DNA from: Verrucomicrobiota bacterium
Lineage (GTDB): Bacteria > Verrucomicrobiota > Verrucomicrobiia > JABWAM01
DNA length: 64,000 bases
Reading direction: 5' to 3'
Assembly (NCBI GenBank): GCA_013288215.1
Contig: JABDCI010000004.1
Location: forward strand, 298-64,297
This document shows, piece after piece, positions 28,462 to 37,580 of this stretch. A program made the position numbers and the translations under genes. Every line of letters begins with the position of its first letter. The first letter of the stretch is position 1. Under the pieces are notes generated by a model. It saw only the letters and a list, made by a program, of their open reading frames with translations. It did no database searches and was not told the DNA's origin.

Positions 28462-29928
28462 CTAATACCATCCGATGGGATTCTCGTTTAAATTAATATG
28501 GAGCTGCTTGGTCTCCAAATATTCGTCGATGCCATGGGGTCCCAGCTCGCGTCCGGCCCCACTTTGTTTGTAGCCGCCCCACGGCGCTTCAACGTAGCAG
28601 GGCTGCATGGTATTCACCCACATGATGCCGGCCCGGATCTTTCGAGCGACCCGGAGTGCGCGAAAAATATCCCGTGACCAGACGGCTCCCGCCAGACCGT
28701 ATGGCGTGTCATTGGCGATCGCGACCGCCTCGTCCTCGTTCTTGAACGGAATAACAACCACAACTGGGCCAAAAATTTCCTCTTGCGCGATGCGCATGGA
28801 GTTCTTCACTTCGTCAAAGATGGTTGGTTCCACGTAGAATCCCTTGCGAAGCACCGCTGATTTGGGAGCCTTGCCGCCGGCAACCAGCTTCGCGCCTTCT
28901 TCGATGCCGATCTGGATATAGCTTAAAACTTTATCGCGATGTTCCTCGGTGACGAGCGGTCCCATCTTGGTCTTTCGATCCATCGGATCGCCGAGGCGGA
29001 TGAGTTTGGCTTTCTCAAGGAGCCGCTTCATGAATTTTTTGTGAAGGGAACGCTGGACCAGGATGCGCGATCCCGCGGAGCAGACTTCTCCCTGATTGAT
29101 GAAAAGACCAAAGAGAGCTCCATCCACACTGGCTTCCAGGTCCGCGTCTTCGAAAAAAATGTTGGGAGATTTTCCGCCTAGTTCGAGTGTCACTTTTTTT
29201 AGATTCGATGCGGCAGCTCCCTTGATGATCGCGCGGCCTGTTTCAGTGCCGCCCGTGAAGGCGACTTTGTCGACCTCCTTGTGATTGACGAGAGCGGAAC
29301 CTACGGTTTCGCCGGCGCCCTGCACGATGTTGATCACCCCCGGAGGAAGTTTTAATTCCTGCAGAAGGCGTCCAAATTCCAGTGTCGTGAGCGGTGTTTG
29401 CTCCGCGGGCTTCAGAATGACCGTGCAGCCTGCGGCGAGTGCGGGCGCAAGCTTCCAAGCCGCCAACATGAGCGGGTAATTCCATGGGACGATCAGCGCG
29501 CAGACGCCGACAGGTTCGCGCAACGTGATGGAAATCGCATTGTCGGGGACGGGCGCCGTCAGGCCCGTGATTTTCGTAGCCAGGCCGCCATAATATTCGT
29601 AACAGGTCGCCGTATCGTTCATGTCGAACTCAGATTCCACGATGGGCTTTCCGACATTCAATGTCTCGAGGCGAGCGAGTTTGGGAAGGTTCTTTCGGAC
29701 AAGCTCGGCGATGCGAAAGAGGATGCGGCCTCGTTGTTGCGCTGTCATATTGGGCCAGTCGCCACCATCAAACGCCTTGCGTGCCGCCCTGACGGCAGCA
29801 TCCACATCATTCAAAGACGCTTCAGGCACTTCAGCGACGACTTTCCCATTGAAGGGATTCACGACCTTGCGGGTTGCGCCGTCCTCTGCGTGAGTAAGCT
29901 TGCCACCGATAAGCATTCGGTAGGACAT
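28462..29928 (-). CDS. gabD: NAD(P)-dependent aldehyde dehydrogenase (succinate-semialdehyde dehydrogenase-like). The ORF is open to 29964.
   Basis: ELGGKSP and EEIFGPV motifs, catalytic Cys in GEVCSAGSR. Lies upstream of gabT in the same orientation. Confidence 0.8.
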   Translation of the reverse strand: MSYRMLIGGKLTHAEDGATRKVVNPFNGKVVAEVPEASLNDVDAAVRAARKAFDGGDWPNMTAQQRGRILFRIAELVRKNLPKLARLETLNVGKPIVESEFDMNDTATCYEYYGGLATKITGLTAPVPDNAISITLREPVGVCALIVPWNYPLMLAAWKLAPALAAGCTVILKPAEQTPLTTLEFGRLLQELKLPPGVINIVQGAGETVGSALVNHKEVDKVAFTGGTETGRAIIKGAAASNLKKVTLELGGKSPNIFFEDADLEASVDGALFGLFINQGEVCSAGSRILVQRSLHKKFMKRLLEKAKLIRLGDPMDRKTKMGPLVTEEHRDKVLSYIQIGIEEGAKLVAGGKAPKSAVLRKGFYVEPTIFDEVKNSMRIAQEEIFGPVVVVIPFKNEDEAVAIANDTPYGLAGAVWSRDIFRALRVARKIRAGIMWVNTMQPCYVEAPWGGYKQSGAGRELGPHGIDEYLETKQLHINLNENPIGWY

Positions 29929-30014
29929 GCCACGGAATGTACTCTGGGACGAGACCCGTGGCAAGTCTTGCGATATGGAATGCTTTCAACGAGGGCGAGA
30001 AAACTCCGCGGGCC

Positions 30015-30803
30015 TCATTCAGGAGAGCCGGACTTCCCGACTTCAGGCCCCACGTTCCTTAAAATTTGCAAACACGAATGGAGCGCTTCGACATGGGCGC
30101 GAACGCGTTTTTGAATGGAAAAATGGGTTGGTGTTTCAATTGTCAGGGTTCGTGGTGAGTGATGTTGGACATGGTAAAGGGCTTCCGGCCAAAACTTGCG
30201 TTTGCGGATCAATTTGAAATTCCTGAACACGACTCCTCCTTGCGCGATCCTGTTTTCGATGCGATGGCGCGGATCGATGGGAAGAATGCGCGAAACCCGT
30301 TGCACGACTTCGATTCCGATGAAGGGAGCCATTCTCGCCACCTCGTAAAGATAAAATCCCGCCGCATCGTAATCCTCATGCAGGCAAAGTGTCAGGTCGA
30401 ACTGCCGATCGCCCAGTACCCGTTTGGCAGCACACACTTCGTCGGACGATCTCCTATTCCAGAGACGATTCACGTCCTGGCCTCGCTCGTTCAACCGTGT
30501 GTTGTGCTCATATCCCCAGGGATTCAGACATGGAAACAAGGTGATTGCATAGGACTGCAGCCAGTCTGGACGCTTTTGAAGCAATTGCCAAACGGCCTCG
30601 ACGGGCGCAGGCTCGTCACCATGCACACCGGCCGAGATTAAAATCCGCGCATGAGGATATGGCGGCGTGTATTCCCAGGACCAGAGAGAATACCCTGAGA
30701 CCACGGCGATTCGGCGCCGTTTGCCCCAGCGAAGCGCATTCAAAGTTCGTTCCATGTCGGCATAGGGAACGCGCGGATGGGGAATGTGAGAGGGTCGGGC
30801 CAT
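30015..30803 (-). CDS. succinylglutamate desuccinylase/aspartoacylase (AstE/AspA) family zinc hydrolase. The ORF is open to 30881.
   Basis: ISAGVHGDEPAP and LHEDYD motifs. Confidence 0.65.
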   Translation of the reverse strand: MARPSHIPHPRVPYADMERTLNALRWGKRRRIAVVSGYSLWSWEYTPPYPHARILISAGVHGDEPAPVEAVWQLLQKRPDWLQSYAITLFPCLNPWGYEHNTRLNERGQDVNRLWNRRSSDEVCAAKRVLGDRQFDLTLCLHEDYDAAGFYLYEVARMAPFIGIEVVQRVSRILPIDPRHRIENRIAQGGVVFRNFKLIRKRKFWPEALYHVQHHSPRTLTIETPTHFSIQKRVRAHVEALHSCLQILRNVGPEVGKSGSPE

Positions 30804-30853
30804 GATGAATGTGGATTGAACGTTGGATCTTCTGAGGATATCAAGAGTGGATT

Positions 30854-31771
30854 GTGATCCTCGTCGTCGGTCCATCTCCATCCTATCAACGTGTCTGGAC
30901 GTTTGAACACTTCAAGTTGGATCACGTCAACCGGGCTCAGATCGTTGAGGCATTGCCTTCGGGAAAAGGAGTGAATTGTGCGCGCGCGGCCCGGCGTTTG
31001 GGATCGAAGGCCGAAATCCTGACGTTCCTAGGCGGAGAAACCGGGGAGTGGGTGCAACAGAAGCTTCATGAGGAGGATCTTCCAGCTCATGTCATCCGCA
31101 CGGCTGTGCCTACGCGAAGCTGTCATACTCTCATCGACAGGCTGTCCGGTTTCGTGACTGAACTCGTGGAAGAGCCATGTTCCGTTGCGTCAACGGATGA
31201 ACAGAAATATCGCACGAAATTTGAGGAGCTACTTTCGCGGAGCGACCTTCTGGTGTGCATCGGCTCGATTCCGCGAGGGATGTCCCAGACTCTCTATCGC
31301 GACTTCATCCGTTTGGCGAATAAGCGCGGCATTCCGGCGATTCTTGATGCGCAGAATGATGCGTTGATTTCTGCATTGGAGATGAAGCCCGCGGTTGTAA
31401 AGGTCAACCATCGCGAATTGGCCGAGGCATTGAAGGCAAAGCTATCGCCCGAGCAGGGCATCCAAGAAATGCTCAAGCACGGCTGCGGATCCGTGCTGGT
31501 GACATGCGGTTCCGAGCCTGCATGGCTCGGTTGGGACGAGAAAATCATGTCCATATCCCTGCCCGGAATGGTGAGTGGAAACGCGACCGGTTCGGGAGAT
31601 TCGGTTTGTGCCGGCCTCGCGATTGCTCTTTTGGGCAAGCGATCGATGGCGGACGCCGCGCGATACGCCCTGGGATGCGGCATCGCGAATGTCGGATTTG
31701 GTTATGGTCGCCTGAGTGATGATTCGGCCAGGCATTGGACGAAGAACATCGAGAGATTGTCCGACTTATAA
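30854..31771 (+). CDS. PfkB-family carbohydrate kinase (1-phosphofructokinase / tagatose-6-P kinase-like)
   Basis: GKGVNCARA N-terminal motif and GSGDSVCAGLA C-terminal motif. Confidence 0.8.
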   Translation: MILVVGPSPSYQRVWTFEHFKLDHVNRAQIVEALPSGKGVNCARAARRLGSKAEILTFLGGETGEWVQQKLHEEDLPAHVIRTAVPTRSCHTLIDRLSGFVTELVEEPCSVASTDEQKYRTKFEELLSRSDLLVCIGSIPRGMSQTLYRDFIRLANKRGIPAILDAQNDALISALEMKPAVVKVNHRELAEALKAKLSPEQGIQEMLKHGCGSVLVTCGSEPAWLGWDEKIMSISLPGMVSGNATGSGDSVCAGLAIALLGKRSMADAARYALGCGIANVGFGYGRLSDDSARHWTKNIERLSDL

Positions 31772-31912
31772 ATCTCTTTTCAGCTTTTCTTCCTCCCATC
31801 GTGAGGAACGGAGTTTTCCGAGGCCCCCATGTTTTTCTAACAGATTCATGGAACGCGATTAACATTCTATTGCATGGCGAGAAGGATTAGGACAATGCTA
31901 GAGATTTAGCAT

Positions 31913-33460
31913 ATGACGGAATCTTCATTCAATGAAGTGTGTGTCTTAGAGCCCGAAGACCAGGTGGCTCCGGCCACCGCCATCGTGATCTTTGGCGCAA
32001 CAGGAGATTTGACCCATCGTAAGATCATTCCTGCCTTCTATCATTTGCAGAAACATGGCCGTCTGGCGGATGGTTGCGCCATCGTAGGCTTTGCCCGGCG
32101 CCCCAAGACAGATCAGGAATTTCGGGAAGAGCTCCGAGCTTCTGTTGAAGAGTTTTCTCATAGCAAGCCCGTCGATAAGGAGATGCTGGATCGTCTTCTG
32201 TCGCATGTTTATTATCATCAAGCAGACCTCGCAGACCCGGTCGGATATCGGCAACTCGCAGATCGCCTTAAAACATTGCCGGAACGGCCTGCGTTTCAGA
32301 ATCGCTACTTGTTTTACATGGCGACGGCCCCGAGCTACTTCGAAACAATCGCCGAGAATTTGGCCCGGGCAGATCTGGCATATGATGAAAATGCGGCTGG
32401 TATCTCGCGTGTCATTGTCGAGAAACCATTTGGCGAGGATTTAAAGAGCGCCCAGCATCTTAACCAGACATTGCAACGCTTTTTCCCGGAACAAAACATC
32501 TATCGCATCGATCATTATCTTGGGAAGGAGACCGTCCAGAACCTCCTCTATTTCCGGTTCGGCAATTCGATTTATGAGCCACTCTGGAACCGGAGATACA
32601 TCGACAATGTCCAAATCACGGTGGCTGAAAAGGTTGGGGTGGAGGATCGTGGCGGTTACTACGACGCGACGGGTGCCGCGCGTGACATGCTGCAGAACCA
32701 TCTCTTTCAGCTCCTCACCCTCATCGCGATGGAGCCTCCGGCCTCGCTCGAAGCTGAAGCGATTCGTGATGAAAAAGTGAAGGTTTTGAAGTCCATTCCT
32801 CTTTCATCTGAGGAAGCCCTTATTCAGAAAAGTGTCCGCGCGCAATATGGCGAGGGAATGATCGATGGAAGGAAAGTTCGTCCGTACCGGCGGGAATCGA
32901 GGGTCGCCCCGGATTCCATGACAGAGACTTTCGTCGCGTTGCGGTTGGAAGTCGACAACTGGCGTTGGGCAGGTGTGCCTTTTTACCTCAGGACGGGAAA
33001 GGCGATGAGGCAACAATTTTCAGAGATTAATATCGTTTTCAACCGTCCGCCGAGCGTCCTTTTTGCGGCAGTATGTGGTGTGCGATTGCATCGCAACAGT
33101 TTGCGGATTCGTATTCAACCCAATGAAGGCATTCATCTCAATTTCAACGGAAAGGTTCCCGGCAAAAGCGTCATTCAGCGCGTCGACATGGATTTTCGAT
33201 ATCGTGAAGATTTTCAAGACTATCTTCCCGAAGCGTATGAACGCCTCATGGTGGACGCGTTGGTGGGCGAATCGACGCTCTTCACCCGCAAGGATGAAGT
33301 GGAACAGGCGTGGAGATTGGTCGACGGGCTTCGTTCCGCCTGGATGGGGCAAAATATAAAGGAATTGCCTTCTTACGGAGCAGGATCGCTTGGGCCAGAA
33401 GAGGCCAATCAACTGCTTCAACGGGAGGGCCGCGGATGGTTGCCGATTTATGATTACTAA
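31913..33460 (+). CDS. zwf: glucose-6-phosphate 1-dehydrogenase
   Basis: IFGATGDLTHRK NADP site. RIDHYLGKE signature. Confidence 0.95.
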   Translation: MTESSFNEVCVLEPEDQVAPATAIVIFGATGDLTHRKIIPAFYHLQKHGRLADGCAIVGFARRPKTDQEFREELRASVEEFSHSKPVDKEMLDRLLSHVYYHQADLADPVGYRQLADRLKTLPERPAFQNRYLFYMATAPSYFETIAENLARADLAYDENAAGISRVIVEKPFGEDLKSAQHLNQTLQRFFPEQNIYRIDHYLGKETVQNLLYFRFGNSIYEPLWNRRYIDNVQITVAEKVGVEDRGGYYDATGAARDMLQNHLFQLLTLIAMEPPASLEAEAIRDEKVKVLKSIPLSSEEALIQKSVRAQYGEGMIDGRKVRPYRRESRVAPDSMTETFVALRLEVDNWRWAGVPFYLRTGKAMRQQFSEINIVFNRPPSVLFAAVCGVRLHRNSLRIRIQPNEGIHLNFNGKVPGKSVIQRVDMDFRYREDFQDYLPEAYERLMVDALVGESTLFTRKDEVEQAWRLVDGLRSAWMGQNIKELPSYGAGSLGPEEANQLLQREGRGWLPIYDY

Positions 33461-34127
33461 ACAAACGTTCTCAACCACGTCGGCTTGGCTGGACGCTCTC
33501 CTCAAGGAGTTTCAATCCCTCGTGAATGATACGTTGCGCAGCCGTGATCGCATGCATGTGGCCCTGTCCGGTGGCTCCACGCCGAAACCATTTTATGATG
33601 CCTTGGCCCACAAGGGGGATTTGCCCTGGGGACGGATCGAATGGTGGCTTGGCGACGAGCGTTGGGTCCCTGCGACGAATCCGGCCAGCAATGAAAAGAT
33701 GATTCGCGAGAGCCTGGCTGCGGGAGACAATGAGTTCGCTCAACATTTCCATTCGTGGCATCTCGATCTGGAGGCGGAAGGAGCGGCGCGCCTGTATGAA
33801 GCGGAGCTTCGCCGCGCGATGGGCAATCGCCCGGCATTCGATCTCATTTTGCTGGGGCTCGGAACCGATGGACATACCGCATCTCTTTTTCCAGGAACTC
33901 CCGTCCTTCAGGAAAAATTTCTCTACACGAGCGCGTGTTTTGTGCCGCAGATGAAGAGCATGCGTGTGACTCTTACCTATCCCTGTTTGAATGCAGCCCG
34001 AAATGTGTGGTTTCTTGTCCAAGGGCGAGAAAAAGAGGCGAGGATTGCAGAGCTTCTCAATCGCGGGGAAATTCCGAGCGCGAAGATCCAAACGAAATGC
34101 CAGAAGCTTTTCTGGCTGACGGCCTAG
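33450..34127 (+). CDS. pgl: 6-phosphogluconolactonase
   Basis: ALSGGSTP and LLGLGTDGHTASLFPG. Overlaps the zwf stop by 11 nt. The ORF track starts at 33390 inside zwf. Confidence 0.9.
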   Translation: MITKQTFSTTSAWLDALLKEFQSLVNDTLRSRDRMHVALSGGSTPKPFYDALAHKGDLPWGRIEWWLGDERWVPATNPASNEKMIRESLAAGDNEFAQHFHSWHLDLEAEGAARLYEAELRRAMGNRPAFDLILLGLGTDGHTASLFPGTPVLQEKFLYTSACFVPQMKSMRVTLTYPCLNAARNVWFLVQGREKEARIAELLNRGEIPSAKIQTKCQKLFWLTA

Positions 34128-34264
34128 TTCACGTGTGGTCGAGGGGAGCCAAATGAGGCAATAACGCGACCGTTGTTATTTTCTCAACATGCTGCTAAAT
34201 TGATTTTCTTTCTTGATCGGTGGGCATCCAGCTCGCCGTTATGAATGAATGCAGAGGATTTTTC

Positions 34265-35863
34265 ATGATTTCGGGTCCTTCATGTTTTACGGACGCACAA
34301 AACTCGTTTCGACTGCTGCTGGTCGAAAATAATCCCGCCGACATTCATCTTGTTCGCGAGGCATTGACCCAGACCGGCGAAGTGCAATTTCAGATCACGG
34401 AGTCCGTGACTCTTGAAGACGGGCTTCAGCAATTAAGCGCTCAGATTTTTGATGTCGTCATTCTTGATCTGGAACTGCCCGGGAGCAATGGGCTCGATGC
34501 CCTGTTCAAGATCAGCACGGCAGCTCCTCTCATTCCCATTGTCGTCTTGACCGGCAACCGTGATCGAAAGCTGATTTTGGAATCATTGCAAAATGGGGCG
34601 GAAGATCATTTGTTCAAGGATCAGATCGACCCACGTCTTCTGGTTTATTCCCTGTGCCATGCGATTGACCGGCACCGGCTTAGGTTGGAGCTCGAGCAAA
34701 CGCGCAGTCAACAGCTTCAACATCACAATCTGGAAAGTATTGCGATTCTGGCAGGAGGCATTGCGCACCATTTCAATAACATCCTCACGGTCATCATCGG
34801 CAATACGGAATTCATCCTCGGGACGCCGCGAGTCAGCAAAGAAATCCAAAACGCGCTCCATCAGATGAAGAGCTCGAGCTATCGGGCTGCCGATTTGTGC
34901 AAACAACTTCTTGCTTATTCTGGCAAGGGAAAGCTGGTGCTGCAACCGCTGGATGTCAGCATGATCGTTCAAGAGACTTCGGAGATGTTTCAGTTTTCAA
35001 TGTCGAAATCGATCAATGTGACGACACGCTATGCGGACGAGTTGCCGCGGGTTGACGTCGATGTTTCGCAGCTGCGCCAGATGATCTTGAATCTTCTTCG
35101 CAATGCGTGCGAAGCGATTGAATTGACCGAAAGCGATGAAGGCGTGATCACGGTCACAACGGGCGTCGTGAAGGCTGACCGCGTTTATCTTGCCAAGAGT
35201 TACGGAGGCGCCGACCTGCCTGAAGGCAATTACGTCTATATCGAGGTGCGCGACAATGGATGCGGCATGGACGAGACGACGCGACGCCAGCTGTTCGAGC
35301 CTTTCTTTTCACGAAAATTCATCGGGCGCGGTCTCGGCCTGCCTGCTGTGTACGGCATCGTGCGCGTGCACAAGGGGGCCCTTGTCGTCCTGAGCGAAGA
35401 AGGCAAAGGATCCACCTTTCGGGTTCTCCTCCCTCCCTCCCAGGCGAAAGAGGGCGCTGTTCCCACCCGTCTTGTGCCTAAGGATTCCTGGCATGGAAAA
35501 GGAACCCTTCTGCTTGTCGATGACGAGGAGAATGTGCGCTCCGTCATCAACAACAGTCTGAAAAATCTCGGTTTCCGCGTGCTCATGGCCGGAAGCGGCA
35601 AGGAAGCTATCGATCTCTTCAAATCTCGTCATAAGGAGGTTGACCTGGTGCTCTTGGACATGGTGATGCCCAACATGAACGGAGAAGAACTCTACCATGA
35701 GCTGCGTCGGATCAGGCCCGACGCCCGGGTGCTCGTCATGAGCGGTTATAGCGAGGACGACGTGATGGATATTTTTGCAGGCCGCAATATCGCAGGCTTT
35801 ATTCAAAAACCTTTTCGTTATACGGAACTGCGCGACAAGATTTATTCCATTCTGAGTTCATAA
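34265..35863 (+). CDS. soluble hybrid sensor histidine kinase, REC-HisKA-HATPase-REC. The ORF is open from 34220.
   Basis: N-terminal receiver (VVILDLELPGSNG), H-box IAHHFNNILTVI, DNGCGMDE...GLGL, C-terminal receiver (LVLLDMVMPNMNG). No TM segment. Confidence 0.85.
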   Translation: MISGPSCFTDAQNSFRLLLVENNPADIHLVREALTQTGEVQFQITESVTLEDGLQQLSAQIFDVVILDLELPGSNGLDALFKISTAAPLIPIVVLTGNRDRKLILESLQNGAEDHLFKDQIDPRLLVYSLCHAIDRHRLRLELEQTRSQQLQHHNLESIAILAGGIAHHFNNILTVIIGNTEFILGTPRVSKEIQNALHQMKSSSYRAADLCKQLLAYSGKGKLVLQPLDVSMIVQETSEMFQFSMSKSINVTTRYADELPRVDVDVSQLRQMILNLLRNACEAIELTESDEGVITVTTGVVKADRVYLAKSYGGADLPEGNYVYIEVRDNGCGMDETTRRQLFEPFFSRKFIGRGLGLPAVYGIVRVHKGALVVLSEEGKGSTFRVLLPPSQAKEGAVPTRLVPKDSWHGKGTLLLVDDEENVRSVINNSLKNLGFRVLMAGSGKEAIDLFKSRHKEVDLVLLDMVMPNMNGEELYHELRRIRPDARVLVMSGYSEDDVMDIFAGRNIAGFIQKPFRYTELRDKIYSILSS

Positions 35864-35913
35864 AGTTCCAGCGTGCCCGGGTTCTGCGAATCATCGGAAG
35901 GCTTCTCCTCTGA

Positions 35914-36408
35914 TCAAGTCAGTTTGAGAATCCAGCAGCGGCAATGGGGATAGGCGCGTAGAAGTTCATCTCGATTTCCTAACTCGAAGTCCTTGAAATC
36001 AAATCCGGGCGCGACGGTGCACCCCACAAGGCTCCATCGGGCACGTGGCGCCGGAATGGCGCCAAACCATCGTCCCGCGGGAACGACATGCTGCAGGACT
36101 TGGCCGCGGTTCAAATCGGGACCGAGGATGGTTTGGCAAACTCTTCCTTTTGAATCGATTTCGATGATTTTCAGAGGGCCACCGAGATAAAAATGCCATT
36201 GTTCATCAGATTGGATTCGGTGCAAGCGTGAGCGATGACCACACGCAAGAAGAAAGAGAATGGAGGTCGATGCGCTTCGATCACCCCGGCAAGTCGCAAT
36301 CTTTTGTTTCGCACGGTACGTTTCGCGAAAGAATCCTCCCTCCGGATGCGGGCTCAATTGAAGCGTTGTAATCAGTTTGGATGATGGAGATTTTTTCATG
36401 GGCATCAA
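35914..36408 (-). CDS. cupin-fold protein (DUF985 / cupin_5 family)
   Basis: Size and conserved E...WHFY...G motif pattern. Call made from memory of the family, moderate confidence. Confidence 0.5.
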   Translation of the reverse strand: MMPMKKSPSSKLITTLQLSPHPEGGFFRETYRAKQKIATCRGDRSASTSILFLLACGHRSRLHRIQSDEQWHFYLGGPLKIIEIDSKGRVCQTILGPDLNRGQVLQHVVPAGRWFGAIPAPRARWSLVGCTVAPGFDFKDFELGNRDELLRAYPHCRCWILKLT

Positions 36409-36517
36409 TCAGGTTTGCGCTTTCGATGGGTGCATTTCATTTTAAGTTCATCTTTGTGTCCTGACGAGCAGATCACGTCTTGTTTTCGCCGACGGAGAGG
36501 GTTACGTTTCGCGCGTA

Positions 36518-37522
36518 ATGGCCGCAATCGAAGCAAATCAACTGACAAAAACTTTCCGCACGTATCAAAAACGTCATGGATTTTGGGGTTCGGTGTACGG
36601 TTTGTTTCGTCGTGAATTTACCGAAACGCGTGCGGCTTCCAATATCACGTTCACGATTCAGGAAGGCGAGCTTGTGGGTTTCCTGGGACCCAACGGTGCG
36701 GGCAAAACCACCGTGCTCAAAATGCTCTCCGGGTTGCTTTTTCCGAGCTCCGGTCAGGCAAAAGTTCTGGGGTTCACTCCATGGGAACGAAAAAACGACT
36801 ATCGGCGACAATTCTCCCTTGTGATGGGGCAAAAAAACCAACTTTGGTGGGACCTTCCCGCCAAGGATTCCTTTGATCTCAACCGGGAGATCTATGGGAT
36901 AGAAAGAGCCACATTTAATCGCAAGCTCGACGAACTCTCAAAGCTCCTTGATGTGGAGGACAAGCTAAACGTGATGGTTCGTGAACTTTCACTCGGCGAG
37001 CGCATGAAGATGGAATTGATTGCTTCACTCTTGCACTCGCCACGGGTCCTCCTCTTGGACGAGCCTACGATCGGCTTGGATGTCGTGAGTCAGAAGAAGG
37101 TTCGTGAATTTATTCGAGAATACAATCGTGTTCACAAGGTCACGATTTTACTCACGAGCCATTACATGATGGATATTGAGGAACTCTGTGAGCGCGTGAT
37201 CATTATCGACCATGGGAAAATCTTCTTTGATGGGAAACTTTCAGAAATCGTCAATCGTTTCGCTGGCCATAAAATCCTTCATTTCATCTGCAAGGAACTT
37301 CCTGCGGACGAGGCATTGGCGCAGATGGGGGAGGTGTTGGAGAAGAAGGCGGGCTCGATCCAGTTGAAAGTGCCTCGCGCGCAGGTTGCAGCCGTTTGCC
37401 GCGAGATGTTCACGCGTTATACCATCGAAGACATCAATATTGAAGAGGTGCCGATCGAAGACATCATTCGCCAGATTTTCCACACACAAACGGAAGTTTA
37501 CGCAAAGACACAAACTCCGTAG
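36518..37522 (+). CDS. ABC transporter ATP-binding protein (ABC-2 exporter type), with no adjacent permease gene
   Basis: GPNGAGKTT Walker A, LSLGERMKMELI signature, LLLDEPTIGLD Walker B. Confidence 0.85.
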   Translation: MAAIEANQLTKTFRTYQKRHGFWGSVYGLFRREFTETRAASNITFTIQEGELVGFLGPNGAGKTTVLKMLSGLLFPSSGQAKVLGFTPWERKNDYRRQFSLVMGQKNQLWWDLPAKDSFDLNREIYGIERATFNRKLDELSKLLDVEDKLNVMVRELSLGERMKMELIASLLHSPRVLLLDEPTIGLDVVSQKKVREFIREYNRVHKVTILLTSHYMMDIEELCERVIIIDHGKIFFDGKLSEIVNRFAGHKILHFICKELPADEALAQMGEVLEKKAGSIQLKVPRAQVAAVCREMFTRYTIEDINIEEVPIEDIIRQIFHTQTEVYAKTQTP

Positions 37523-37580
37523 AAACACTCCCCAAGGGTCGGATATCCGTCGTCGAAGGCACGCAGCAGTTTTAACTGCT

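Noticed and set aside
33471-34091. 206-aa minus-strand ORF
   Set aside because: Antisense to pgl.
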